From NCBI RefSeq assembly GCF_000012345.1, contig NC_007205.1:690001-722000 (forward strand): a stretch of 32,000 bases of DNA, given 5' to 3'. Position numbers and translations under genes: made by a program. The notes beneath the pieces are model-generated. The model saw nothing but the letters and a program-made list of their open reading frames with translations. It was not told the origin of the DNA and did not search any database. The DNA comes from Candidatus Pelagibacter ubique HTCC1062 (GTDB taxonomy: Bacteria > Pseudomonadota > Alphaproteobacteria > Pelagibacterales > Pelagibacteraceae). Shown here one piece after another: positions 1 to 9,938 of the stretch (position 1 is the stretch's first letter; every line of letters starts with the position of its first letter).

Positions 1-1
1 T

Positions 2-922
2 ATTTTTCCAGGTCAAGGCTCACAATTAGTAGGAATGGGTAAAGACCTACATGCTAAATATAGCTTAGTTCAAGATCTATTCAAGGAAGCAGATGAAACT
101 CTTGGTTTCTCACTATCAAATCTTATTTTAAATGGTCCTAAGGAAGAATTAGACTTAACTGAAAATACACAGCCAGCAATATTTTTGCTGAGTTACTCAA
201 TATTTAAGTTAATTAAAGAAGAGTTTAAAATTGATTTAGATAAAGCAAAATTTTATGCAGGACATTCTTTAGGAGAGTACTCTGCACTAACCGCAGCAGG
301 GTCATTGTCATTTTCAGATACTTTAAAGATTTTAAAAATTAGAGGTAATGCGATGCAAAACTCTGTTCCAAAAGGAGTGGGTGGAATGGTTGCAGTTTTG
401 GGTTCTGAAATTGAAATAATAAAAAAAATTATTGATGAGAATAAAGATAAATACGAATGCTTTATTGCAAATGACAATTCTGTAGGTCAGATCGTTTTAA
501 GTGGAAAAATTGAAGACCTAGAGAAAATTATGGTTGATTTGAAAGCTTCAAATATTAAAAATATTAAATTACCAGTTAGTGCTCCGTTTCATTGTAAATT
601 GATGAATAACGCAACACTTGTAATGAAAGAAGAAATAGCAAAATTAAATTTTAATGAACCTAAAAACATCCTTATTTCAAATGTAACAGGAAAAGAAATA
701 TCTAATTCGAATGAACTAAAAGAATTACTAGTTAAGCAAATTGAAAGTAGTGTTCGTTGGCGTGAGAGTGTTTTGTTAATGATTGAGAAGGGTGTTACAG
801 AGTTTATTGAAATAGGACCAGGCAAAGTTTTATCTGGATTAATAAAGAGAATTGACAAAAATGTTAAAGTTAGTGCAATAAATTCAGAAGAGGATATAAA
901 GTTAATTAATATCAATGAGTAG
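2..922 (+). CDS. fabD: Malonyl-CoA:ACP transacylase, 5' end truncated by the window edge
   Basis: The frame is open from nt 2 and reads IFPGQGSQLVGMG, the FabD N-terminal FPGQGSQ motif, upstream of the first Met in the ORF track. The active-site motif GHSLGEYSAL is present. It is followed by fabG and acpP. Confidence 0.93.
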   Translation: MFPGQGSQLVGMGKDLHAKYSLVQDLFKEADETLGFSLSNLILNGPKEELDLTENTQPAIFLLSYSIFKLIKEEFKIDLDKAKFYAGHSLGEYSALTAAGSLSFSDTLKILKIRGNAMQNSVPKGVGGMVAVLGSEIEIIKKIIDENKDKYECFIANDNSVGQIVLSGKIEDLEKIMVDLKASNIKNIKLPVSAPFHCKLMNNATLVMKEEIAKLNFNEPKNILISNVTGKEISNSNELKELLVKQIESSVRWRESVLLMIEKGVTEFIEIGPGKVLSGLIKRIDKNVKVSAINSEEDIKLININE

Positions 923-1652
923 TTTAAAAGATAAAAATATTATAGTCACAGGTGCTTCAGGTGGAATTGGCAATTCAATAGTTGAGAAGTTAAACCAAAA
1001 TGGTGCAAATATTTTAGCTACTGGTACAAGAATTGAAAAACTAGAAGAGTTAAAAGAAAAATTTAATAATATAAAAATACTTAAATTTGATATTTCTCAA
1101 CATGATAAAATCGAAGAATTTATAGAAAATGCTACCAAAGAACTAGGTGGATCCTTAGATTGCATTGTTAATAATGCAGGCATTACAAAAGATAATTTAA
1201 CTATTAGAATGAGCTTAGAAGAGTGGTCAAAAGTTATAAATATTAATTTAACCTCTACATTTCTAATGTGTAAATATTCGATTAAAAAAATGCTTAAAAA
1301 TAAATCTGGAAAAATTATCAATATAACCTCTGTTGTTGGGCATACTGGTAATGTTGGACAAGCAAACTATACTGCATCTAAAGCAGGTATAGTTGCAATG
1401 TCAAAAAGCTTAGCTATTGAATATGCAAAAAAAAATATTAATGTTAATTGCATATCCCCAGGCTTTATAAGCACTGCTATGACAGATCAAATAGATGAAA
1501 AATTTAAAGAAACAATAATTGCTAAAATTCCATCTAATAGACTGGGTAAACCTGAAGATATTGCTAATGCAGTTAATTTCTTAAGCTCAGATCAGTCAGA
1601 CTATATTAATGGAGAAACATTGCATGTTAATGGAGGCATGTATTTGGGTTGA
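915..1652 (+). CDS. fabG: 3-oxoacyl-ACP reductase (SDR family)
   Basis: It has the TGASGGIG nucleotide-binding motif, the YTASKAG catalytic YxxxK motif and an NNAG motif. It lies between fabD and acpP and overlaps fabD by 8 nt. Confidence 0.9.
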   Translation: MSSLKDKNIIVTGASGGIGNSIVEKLNQNGANILATGTRIEKLEELKEKFNNIKILKFDISQHDKIEEFIENATKELGGSLDCIVNNAGITKDNLTIRMSLEEWSKVININLTSTFLMCKYSIKKMLKNKSGKIINITSVVGHTGNVGQANYTASKAGIVAMSKSLAIEYAKKNINVNCISPGFISTAMTDQIDEKFKETIIAKIPSNRLGKPEDIANAVNFLSSDQSDYINGETLHVNGGMYLG

Positions 1653-1700
1653 CAAAACTACTTTTTGAACTATTAACGAAATATAACAAAAAGGAACATT

Positions 1701-1940
1701 ATGTCAGAAGATATTTCAAGCAAAGTTAAAAAAATTGTAGCAGATCACTTAGGTATTGATGAAGCTAAAGTATTAGACGATTCAAGCTTCATAGACGATC
1801 TTGGAGCAGATAGTTTAGATACAGTTGAGTTAGTAATGGCTTTTGAAGAGGAATTTGGTTCAGAAATTTCAGATAGTGAAGCTGAAAAAATTCTTACTGT
1901 AGGTGACGCTGTTAACTTTATAGCAGGAAAAGCAAACTAG
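1701..1940 (+). CDS. acpP: Acyl carrier protein
   Basis: It is a 79-aa acidic protein with the [12 protein letters not shown] phosphopantetheine attachment motif. An AAGGAA Shine-Dalgarno-like sequence lies just upstream. Confidence 0.95.
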   Translation: MSEDISSKVKKIVADHLGIDEAKVLDDSSFIDDLGADSLDTVELVMAFEEEFGSEISDSEAEKILTVGDAVNFIAGKAN

Positions 1941-1947
1941 AAATTAA

Positions 1948-2580
1948 ATGTCCATAAAAAAAGATGGGATAATGGTAATTTTATCATCCCCATCTGGGGC
2001 AGGTAAAACAACTTTAGTAAAACTGCTCTCTAAGAATAAAAATTTTCATATTTCTATTTCTCATACCACAAGAAAACCTAGACTAAACGAAATTGCAGAC
2101 AAAGATTATTACTTTGTTGATCATGATAAATTTGAAAATTTAATAAAAAATGAAGAATTCTTAGAGTACGCAAAAGTATTTAATCATCTTTATGGAACAA
2201 CTAGAACACCAGTAATTGAAAAATTAGAAAAAGGTGAAAATGTAATATTTGATATTGATTGGCAAGGAGCTGATCAAATCAAGAATAAAAAATTAAATTA
2301 TAAATTAATTACTTTTTTTATTTTACCTCCTAGTAAAGAGATACTATTTGAAAGACTATCAAATAGAGACATGAAAGATAAACTGATAGTAGAAGAACGT
2401 ATGAAAGAGTTTAGTAGAGATGTTTTGCATTGGATTAATTATGATTATGTAATTATTAATGATGATCTAGAAGAGTGTTATTCTAAAATTAGCAGTTTAA
2501 TTGATGCTGAAATTAACAATGGTTCGAAAGACTATGATAAAGATTTCATTAGAAAACATGTTGAAAAACTAACCTCTTAA
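1948..2580 (+). CDS. gmk: Guanylate kinase
   Basis: It has the P-loop [11 protein letters not shown], the SHTTR guanylate kinase motif and YGT. The true start could be the internal Met at 1972. Confidence 0.9.
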
Positions 2581-3357
2581 ATCTTCATATTCTTTTACAA
2601 GTTTAAAATATACATCTGGCTCAAGGTTTTGAGGTCTAAGATTAAGATCAATACCGAATTTTTCTGCAACTTCTTTTCCATTATCAAAAACTTGGTTAAA
2701 GGGTTTTTTTAACATTTTTCTTCTTTGGCTGAAGAATATTCTAGTAATTTTTTCAAGGTTTTTAGGATCCTTTAATTTAAAAAAATTTTCTTTGGGAGTG
2801 AATAAAAGTAAAGAACTATCTATTTTAGGTCTTGGTGAAAAGCTTTGTGGTTTAATGTCTAATATCTTTTTTACATTTAATTTCCAGCTAGATAAAATGG
2901 ATAGTCTGCCATAATTAGAGTTATTAAATTCAGATATAATTCTATCAGCAACTTCTTTTTGGAACATTAAAACGAGACTATCGAACCAAAAATTTGAGCC
3001 AATATTAAGAATCCATTTAGATAAGATTTCTGTTGATATGTTATAAGGTAAATTACCAAAGACAGATAGTTTTTGATCCGAGATAGTACTTTCAGATACT
3101 TTTAAGATATCATCATTGATGATTTTAATTTCCGTATCAAACTTTTCCTTTAGTAATATGGCTAAATCATCATCTTTTTCTACAACATAGAGTTTCTTTG
3201 GTTTTTTTTTTAAAATGTATGTGGTTAGATTTCCACTACCTGGTCCAATTTCCAAGACTTCCTTGTTAGTAATATCGGTTATGGATACAATTTTTTCAAG
3301 CACCTCTCTATCTATTAAGAAGTTTTGTCCAAGGCTTTTTTTTGCTTTTACGAACAC
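2569..3357 (-). CDS. rsmA: 16S rRNA (adenine1518/1519-N6)-dimethyltransferase
   Basis: The N-terminus contains KSLGQNFL, the SAM-binding motif [11 protein letters not shown] is present, and NLPY is present. The start codon is GTG, directly abutting the pdxA stop. The gene sits in the conserved surA-pdxA-rsmA order. Confidence 0.9.
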
Positions 3358-4320
3358 TTATTTATCCAAAAACTTTAAGGCCTGAATTAAGCTTTTTGGA
3401 TCAGATAAATTTTTACCCAACATTGAATAATTTGGACCATGATCTGGAGAGATTCGAGTAAATGGTAGACCTAAAGTAATATTAATTGCATCAAAACCAA
3501 ATAAAGCCTTCATAGGAGAAAGTACTTGATCATGATACATACCAATAATTACATCATATTTCTTTAATAAAAATTTTGTAAAGATAGTATCAGCTGGAAA
3601 TGGACCATTAATTTTATTATTTTTTAATCGTAATTTCTTAATAGCTGGAATTATAACTTTATCCTCTTCAGAATTTTGAAAATTACTTTCACAGTGGGGA
3701 TTTAACCCAGTTATTGCAATCCTTGGTAGTTTATTAAATTTTGTTTTATAAAATTTATTAATCAGGTTAACTTGAGTATATATTTTTTGTTTTGTTATTT
3801 TTTTATGAACATCTTTTAAAGCAAGATGGGTTGTAAGAGGACTAACAGATAAATTTTTATTAAATATTAACATTGCAACATCTTTTTTTTTGGTTTTCTT
3901 TGCAAGATATTCAGTGATACCTAAAGTTTTACCTTTTAAAAAAGACTTTTTGGAAACAGGACCATTGATAAATTTGGATAAATTATTTTGTTTCATAAAA
4001 TTTAAAGCAACTTTAAAAGTTTCATCTATGTACTTATTTGACTTACTAGTAATTTTTTCAAAGCATTTTTTAAATTTATAATCAACATTAATTAAATTAA
4101 TTTTTTTATTAGTTAGTTTGGAGAAATCTTTTAACTCCTTGTCAATATCATTTATTTTGAAATAAAAATCTAATTTTTTCATCTGTTCTTGAAGTAATTT
4201 TTTAGAAATAATGATTATTAAGGGTGACTTATAAATATTAGTTTTTAAACTTTTAAAAAAAATTTCTAAAAAAATACTGTTGGGCTCTCCACCCACTATT
4301 ATTATTGGTTCCTTACCCAT
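3358..4320 (-). CDS. pdxA: 4-hydroxythreonine-4-phosphate dehydrogenase
   Basis: It contains GMYHDQVLSPMKALFGFDAINITLGLPFTRISPDHGP, which matches the conserved PdxA C-terminal core. It lies between surA and rsmA, as in E. coli. Confidence 0.88.
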   Translation of the reverse strand: MGKEPIIIVGGEPNSIFLEIFFKSLKTNIYKSPLIIIISKKLLQEQMKKLDFYFKINDIDKELKDFSKLTNKKINLINVDYKFKKCFEKITSKSNKYIDETFKVALNFMKQNNLSKFINGPVSKKSFLKGKTLGITEYLAKKTKKKDVAMLIFNKNLSVSPLTTHLALKDVHKKITKQKIYTQVNLINKFYKTKFNKLPRIAITGLNPHCESNFQNSEEDKVIIPAIKKLRLKNNKINGPFPADTIFTKFLLKKYDVIIGMYHDQVLSPMKALFGFDAINITLGLPFTRISPDHGPNYSMLGKNLSDPKSLIQALKFLDK

Positions 4321-5230
4321 TAAAATCGAGATTCTTTTTGATCTTGTTATAATAAATTTTTGAATATTGATTCAACTGTCTGTTACGTTCATAGTTAATT
4401 GCTTTTTTTAATTCATTTTCAATATCAATAGTAGTTTCAGAACTTTTTATATTTATTAATTTTAATATTAATATACCGTTTGATAAAATTATAGGTTTTG
4501 TAAATTCTCCCACTTTTAAGCTGCTTATATTTTTTCTAATATTATTATTAAGTGAATTTTCATTGATCCAACCAATATCACCACCAATTTTAGCTGAATC
4601 AGAAAAACTATATGTTGCAGCACTATTTTCAAAACCTATTTCATTTATGCTTTTAACAACTTCTTTATATTTTTTTTCGATCTCTTCTTTGTTTTTAACT
4701 TCAAAGATAATTTCAGATAATTGATATTCTTTTGATTCAATTTTGTTATTTTTTAGAAGCTCTTCTTTTAATACAGCCTCATTAATTACAACTTTAGATG
4801 AATATTTTTTTATAATTAGTTCATTCCACAAAGCATCAATAGTAATTTTTTTTTCGATATCACTTATTTTTAAATCATAATCTTTTAAATAAATTTCAAA
4901 TTCATTTATTGATTTTAGATTTAACCTTGAATAAATATTTTTTAGTAAAAGTTCAGAATAGTCTTCATTTAATTTTATTTCTTTAAAATTTTTTGATATT
5001 TCTATTTTTTTTATCTTCTCTCTTATTATTGATTCGTTAGAAATATTTAATATCTTTTCTTGATCTAACTCTTTTAAAGAATTATTTAGAGCCACAAGAT
5101 ATTTAAATTCATTTTTAATATCAATGTTAGTTATAATTTCGTCTTGAATATTATGAATTATTTTTGTTTCAATTGATTGAGCATGAAAACATATTATGAC
5201 AAATAAAAATATTAAAATTTTCTTTTTCAT
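4313..5230 (-). CDS. surA: Periplasmic chaperone / parvulin-type peptidyl-prolyl isomerase, SurA-like, with a single PPIase domain
   Basis: It has a signal peptide (MKKKILIFLFVIICFHAQS) and one parvulin-like segment (AKIGGDIGWINENSL...FTKPIILSNGILILK). It sits directly downstream of lptD. At 305 aa it is shorter than the two-parvulin E. coli SurA. Confidence 0.72.
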   Translation of the reverse strand: MKKKILIFLFVIICFHAQSIETKIIHNIQDEIITNIDIKNEFKYLVALNNSLKELDQEKILNISNESIIREKIKKIEISKNFKEIKLNEDYSELLLKNIYSRLNLKSINEFEIYLKDYDLKISDIEKKITIDALWNELIIKKYSSKVVINEAVLKEELLKNNKIESKEYQLSEIIFEVKNKEEIEKKYKEVVKSINEIGFENSAATYSFSDSAKIGGDIGWINENSLNNNIRKNISSLKVGEFTKPIILSNGILILKLINIKSSETTIDIENELKKAINYERNRQLNQYSKIYYNKIKKNLDFNG

Positions 5231-5236
5231 ATAATC

Positions 5237-7681
5237 CTATTTTAAAGCCATTTTATCTGGTGAAAAAGTTCCAAGTGGAACAATAGTTATAGAGAAAAAT
5301 AATTCTTCAACTGGTTTAATATCAGCATCATTATAATAATTCTTCTTATATTTTATACCTGCAACCAAACAATCATTTTTATACTCATACACCAAATCAT
5401 AGTACTCTGTTAAATCAAGCTTTCGATTTCTTCTTGTGTTAAATGATATAGAATTTTGATCATCAAAGTTATATTTTGTTGTATTTTCAATTATATTTGT
5501 ACTGCCAACAGCACCTCTTTCCTCTAAATAATCAAAATGAGTAATAAAATTTCCAAATTCTATTTTAGTTATTAAAGAATTGTATTCAAAAGTATTCAAA
5601 TCATCTGTTAAAGAAAAATTGTAGCCTAATGAAATATTTCTAGTAGGTTTAAAATTAAATTCCCCAAATATATTGGAGTTTTTTTTATTTAAAGTACTAC
5701 TTGTAGGTATATTCTTTTCTTCATCTAATCTAAAAACTGATGCAAGTTTAAAATCAATATATTCTTCAATTTTATCTATTTTATTATCAACGTTAACTTT
5801 TTCTTTTTTGAAGTTTAAGCCCAATGTAATAGACTCACCGGACTCAAATGAGTTTCCTAAACTTAATCGATTAGAAGAAAAAACATTACTAATATCAATT
5901 CTTCTAGACTCGTTTTTATTATTTTTCATTTCATGGGGGCTAAACCTTAAAGACAGCTTTGGTTCTAAAGTATCGAATGTTGTGGAATTTTTTTTAATTA
6001 GTGGCAATGAAGCATTATATGTATATGCGCTCATTAATTCTGATTGTGGACTATTTTTATATGTAGGGTTATTTTTACCAACAGTATTGATATTTTTCAA
6101 AGCAATTTCAAAATTTGTTTTAATTCCATTATCAAAGAATTTACTTAAAGCAGAGTAAATTAAATCATTTGAAATTGTAGATCCAACAACATTCGTATCA
6201 TTTAAAGTGTTATTTCCATATGAATTGAGATTAAAACTGCCATCAATATTATTAAAACTAAAATTTTTTGAAAAATTATAACTAGGTAGTACATATTGAT
6301 ATCTATCGCTATTGGAGCCATTTAAAGTTTCGTACATTTCAAATGAGGTTGTTAGATCATAGCTCTCATGCTCTAGATCAAATTGAATTTTAGATTCAAG
6401 CACACTATTGTCATCTAGTAGAAGGGGGGATTGTAAATCAAATAACTTCAAATAGTTATCATTTGATACTTTTTGATAGTTAATTTGAAGCATGCTTTTT
6501 TTGAAGTTGTCCAACGACAAATCTACTAACGTATTAGTGAAAAGATGAGACCTTGTACCCCCCTTGTCTTGAGCGCTAGAGTTATGGCCATTAACAAGGC
6601 TAAAATCGGCTATTGTAAGTGAATTCTTTGTTTTTTGTCTATACTCATTTTGTAATAAAAATTTATTATCTTCAAAGAGTCTTGGTTTTATTGTTAGGTC
6701 TTTATCTTCAGATATGGCCAAAAAATATGGCACATAAACTGAGCTACCAAGATTGTTTGAGCTGCTAAATTCAGGCTTTAAAAGACCAGATTGTCTTTTT
6801 ACAGATGGGTCTGGATGAAAAAATTTAGGAAAATAAACAACGGGAAAATCATATATTTCTAACCAAGCATTTTTATAATTAATTTGTTTTTTAATTTTAT
6901 CATGGTGAATTTCATCTGATGTAATTTTCCAGGGGGGACATTTATCTGTTTTTTTACATGATGTAAAAACACCTTTTTTAAAGTAGGTATTAATCTTGTC
7001 TCCAAATCCTGAAACTGCACTTATTCTTGGATCATTCTCGTTATCCCCGAATAAATCTTTGTGGAAGTTTGCAGTAATATCTTTTCCTAAAAATTCATTT
7101 TTTTTTAAGTCAAAAAAACCAGTTTTAAGAAAAAATTCATCACTTTTATTTTCTTTATCACTAGTTATAGCTACTATATTTTCACCCTTAAGAATTTCTT
7201 GATTAATAGAGTATTGAAACTGCTCAAGTTTATAAGTATTAGACTCATTATCGGTAATAATTGCATTTTTTTTAGATGATAAAATCATCTTATTTTTAAA
7301 AAGAATTAAATCAAAACCTTCAATATCGTATTTATTTGAAATTTTAATTAATGTTTTACCTACTGTGAAAATTTTTTCTTCATTCTTAAGATAAAAAATT
7401 TGTTGAGCGTTAATGGTTATGTTGTTATTTAAATCAAAAAGCTGAACATCACCATTTGCTTCCAGTCTATTGATTTCTTTTAAATACTCAAAGTTGTCTG
7501 ATATTAATTTAAGCTGACTATCAGTTCTAATTGTACCTCTGTTATTGCCTTTATATATATTTCCATTTTCAGTAATTTCTAAATCAGAAATTTCAAAAAT
7601 AAATTCTTCTCCAAGAACTCGACTAAAATTAGATATAGTAAATAAGATCACAAGAAAGAAAGCTATAAATTTATTTTTCAT
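5237..7681 (-). CDS. lptD: LPS-assembly outer membrane protein LptD (OstA/Imp)
   Basis: It is an 814-aa protein with a signal peptide and a long beta-rich, aromatic-rich sequence. The ends are typical of an outer membrane barrel. It lies between lptG and surA. Confidence 0.8.
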   Translation of the reverse strand: MKNKFIAFFLVILFTISNFSRVLGEEFIFEISDLEITENGNIYKGNNRGTIRTDSQLKLISDNFEYLKEINRLEANGDVQLFDLNNNITINAQQIFYLKNEEKIFTVGKTLIKISNKYDIEGFDLILFKNKMILSSKKNAIITDNESNTYKLEQFQYSINQEILKGENIVAITSDKENKSDEFFLKTGFFDLKKNEFLGKDITANFHKDLFGDNENDPRISAVSGFGDKINTYFKKGVFTSCKKTDKCPPWKITSDEIHHDKIKKQINYKNAWLEIYDFPVVYFPKFFHPDPSVKRQSGLLKPEFSSSNNLGSSVYVPYFLAISEDKDLTIKPRLFEDNKFLLQNEYRQKTKNSLTIADFSLVNGHNSSAQDKGGTRSHLFTNTLVDLSLDNFKKSMLQINYQKVSNDNYLKLFDLQSPLLLDDNSVLESKIQFDLEHESYDLTTSFEMYETLNGSNSDRYQYVLPSYNFSKNFSFNNIDGSFNLNSYGNNTLNDTNVVGSTISNDLIYSALSKFFDNGIKTNFEIALKNINTVGKNNPTYKNSPQSELMSAYTYNASLPLIKKNSTTFDTLEPKLSLRFSPHEMKNNKNESRRIDISNVFSSNRLSLGNSFESGESITLGLNFKKEKVNVDNKIDKIEEYIDFKLASVFRLDEEKNIPTSSTLNKKNSNIFGEFNFKPTRNISLGYNFSLTDDLNTFEYNSLITKIEFGNFITHFDYLEERGAVGSTNIIENTTKYNFDDQNSISFNTRRNRKLDLTEYYDLVYEYKNDCLVAGIKYKKNYYNDADIKPVEELFFSITIVPLGTFSPDKMALK

Positions 7682-8744
7682 TTAACTTTATTATAGAGAT
7701 GAAATTTATTATTGATAATATAATTAAAGGCAAAAAAATTGAAAGTGTTACAGGAATTTTTTCATTTGTGCCTAGGACACTTAAAAAATTATTAATATAG
7801 TAAATAATTACAGACAAAAAAATCCCTAATGTAATCTTATAAAAGGTATTTTTTTGGTAGCCAATGTTAAACATAATAATAGCAGAAAAAATTGTAATTA
7901 GAGTTAAGTAAACTGGATAAGAGACAATTTTCAATAAGTGAGAATTTATATCAGTTACAGAATAATTTAAAGACATATAACTTTTTCTTAATGTAATTAA
8001 ATCAATTATACTTAAAGAAGAAAGGTTTGAAAATAAGCTATTTATTTTTTGTAAGTCAAAATTTGAATGTAATATCAATTCATTCAAAGTACTTTGTGAA
8101 TTACCTTTTAGAGTTATTGGATTAAATATTTTCCATTTTTTTGATGTAATATCAACTCTTTCACTTTGTAATACTTCAACTAAATCAAAATCTTTATTGA
8201 ACTTTGTTATGGAAACATTGAGTAAAAATTCATTGTTGACCTGGCGGGCATTAATTATGTTTATATTGTCATTTATTTCATCTTTGATCCAAAGACCATT
8301 TTCAGTGATAACAGCTAAATACTTATTATCACCTGAATAGTTATTTTTAATTAATAGATATGAGTTTTTTAAAATAGATGATCCGTTATAAAAAAAAATA
8401 ACCATAATAATGCCAAGAATGAATGAATATAAACCTAAAATTTTTATGATTTTTATATTATTTAAACCAGAGTACTTAAAGACCTGTAGTTCATTTTTGT
8501 CAATAAGATGAATAAAAAATACTTGAGTGCCCAACAAAAAAATAAAAGGAAGTATTTCAAATAAGACCGAAGGTGTATTTAATAAAGACAAAAAGAAAAG
8601 ATAAAAAAAACTTAAATCTATATTTTTAAAAAATTCAATTTGTTCAAGGATATTTGTAATTAAAATGATAATAAAAAAAGTAATAAAAATTTTTAATAAT
8701 GAGATGTTAAAAAGGTTAATTAAAAATTTAATATAGGTTTTCAT
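7671..8744 (-). CDS. lptG: LPS export ABC transporter permease LptG (YjgP/YjgQ family)
   Basis: It is polytopic, with three N-terminal TM segments, a central soluble beta-jellyroll-like region and three C-terminal TM segments. It is the second of two paralogous permease genes, has a 4-nt overlap with lptF and sits next to lptD. Confidence 0.75.
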   Translation of the reverse strand: MKTYIKFLINLFNISLLKIFITFFIIILITNILEQIEFFKNIDLSFFYLFFLSLLNTPSVLFEILPFIFLLGTQVFFIHLIDKNELQVFKYSGLNNIKIIKILGLYSFILGIIMVIFFYNGSSILKNSYLLIKNNYSGDNKYLAVITENGLWIKDEINDNINIINARQVNNEFLLNVSITKFNKDFDLVEVLQSERVDITSKKWKIFNPITLKGNSQSTLNELILHSNFDLQKINSLFSNLSSLSIIDLITLRKSYMSLNYSVTDINSHLLKIVSYPVYLTLITIFSAIIMFNIGYQKNTFYKITLGIFLSVIIYYINNFLSVLGTNEKIPVTLSIFLPLIILSIINFISIIKLNEK

Positions 8745-9877
8745 ACTTTATTAATTTTTAATTTTATTACAAAATAGAGATAGATAATTAATGTTAAGAT
8801 TAATGGAAAAATTGAAAGAAATATGTTCTGCATTAAATTCGTACTTATTAATTTTGAAGATGATTCTAAAAAAATAATAAAAAGAAAAGCAAATAAATAA
8901 ATCTTAAATTTATTAATATTAAATGAATGGTCACTTTTAGATTTTAATATAAATAAAAGCGAAATTGAAATTAGAAAAGTTATATATAAAGGTTTTACCA
9001 ATCTTGAGTATAGCTCTTTATAGACATTCTTTAAATTATCTAATCTACAGTTTTTAATATTTTCTATTTCTATATTTGTAGAATTAATTATTGAACCATT
9101 AAAAAATAAAGAGCATTTAATTAAATTTATTGTTTTTGCTTCTTGTGTCTTTTGGTAGGTAATTGTGTTAGAATTAAATTTTGAAATATTATAATCAGTT
9201 TTTGAGAATTCAAATTCTGAAATTTTCCCATTTATGACATTGATAGATTTACCATCATATAATGTTAATATCTTTTTATTATTGTCTATATTTACTATTG
9301 CAGTTTTAGCAAAAGTAGTTTGTGAGTTATTAATATCTGTTTTTTCATTTAAGAATATATTTATTAATTCACCTTTTTTATTTTTTTCATCAAAGTAAAT
9401 TGTCAAATTTCCAATAATATCTATAAACTTTTTAGGTTTGAGAACACTTTCAAAAAAATCTAAGTTAGATGATCTTATAAAGGATCTTGCTTTATCTTGA
9501 GCAAAAGGAGTTATTACAGCATTCAATAATAAACTAATAAGTACGAACCAGAGAGAAAATTTTATAAAAAAATTTATAAAATTAATTTTTTTAATTCCAA
9601 AATTCCAAAATATAACTAGCTCATTTTTATTCTCATACTTTAATAATATGTATGAAAATGCCAAAAATATAGCAAAGGGAAAAATTCTACTAATTATTTT
9701 AGGAAAGCTAAGTAATGTATATTTAAAATATACAAGAAAACCATGACCGTCCTCTATAACAAAATCGAGATAATTAACTGCCTGCAATACCCAAATAATT
9801 ATACTGATGGTAAATACAACTAATAAGAAAAAATTTACACAATCTTTAGATAATTTTTTATAAACAATTTTTTTCAT
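8741..9877 (-). CDS. lptF: LPS export ABC transporter permease LptF (YjgP/YjgQ family)
   Basis: It has the same architecture as lptG. It is divergent from pepA, as in the E. coli pepA / lptF-lptG arrangement. Confidence 0.75.
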   Translation of the reverse strand: MKKIVYKKLSKDCVNFFLLVVFTISIIIWVLQAVNYLDFVIEDGHGFLVYFKYTLLSFPKIISRIFPFAIFLAFSYILLKYENKNELVIFWNFGIKKINFINFFIKFSLWFVLISLLLNAVITPFAQDKARSFIRSSNLDFFESVLKPKKFIDIIGNLTIYFDEKNKKGELINIFLNEKTDINNSQTTFAKTAIVNIDNNKKILTLYDGKSINVINGKISEFEFSKTDYNISKFNSNTITYQKTQEAKTINLIKCSLFFNGSIINSTNIEIENIKNCRLDNLKNVYKELYSRLVKPLYITFLISISLLFILKSKSDHSFNINKFKIYLFAFLFIIFLESSSKLISTNLMQNIFLSIFPLILTLIIYLYFVIKLKINKV

Positions 9878-9938
9878 TGAAATACAGTAAATTAGCTCTT
9901 ATATACCACTCAACTCGCATAGAGTGTATTTAAAATTT

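Noticed and set aside
5673-6158. A 161-aa plus-strand ORF antisense to lptD. Similar antisense ORFs in the track include 253-477, 589-915, 1097-1321, 3890-4081, 6996-7202, 10898-11164, 12226-12462, 12503-12712, 13130-13360, 13577-13873, 14914-15216, 17915-18127, 18233-18427, 19204-19386, 19335-19565, 19925-20113, 20008-20190, 21962-22258, 22853-23110, 24600-24881, 24933-25115, 25520-25747, 27467-27649, 27746-28015 and 29598-29837.
   Set aside because: Each lies entirely inside a well-supported conserved gene on the other strand or in another frame. Their translations are low-complexity Phe/Leu/Ile/Ser-rich strings, as expected from the reverse complement of Lys/Asn/Glu-rich AT-rich coding sequence. 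None has a recognisable motif.
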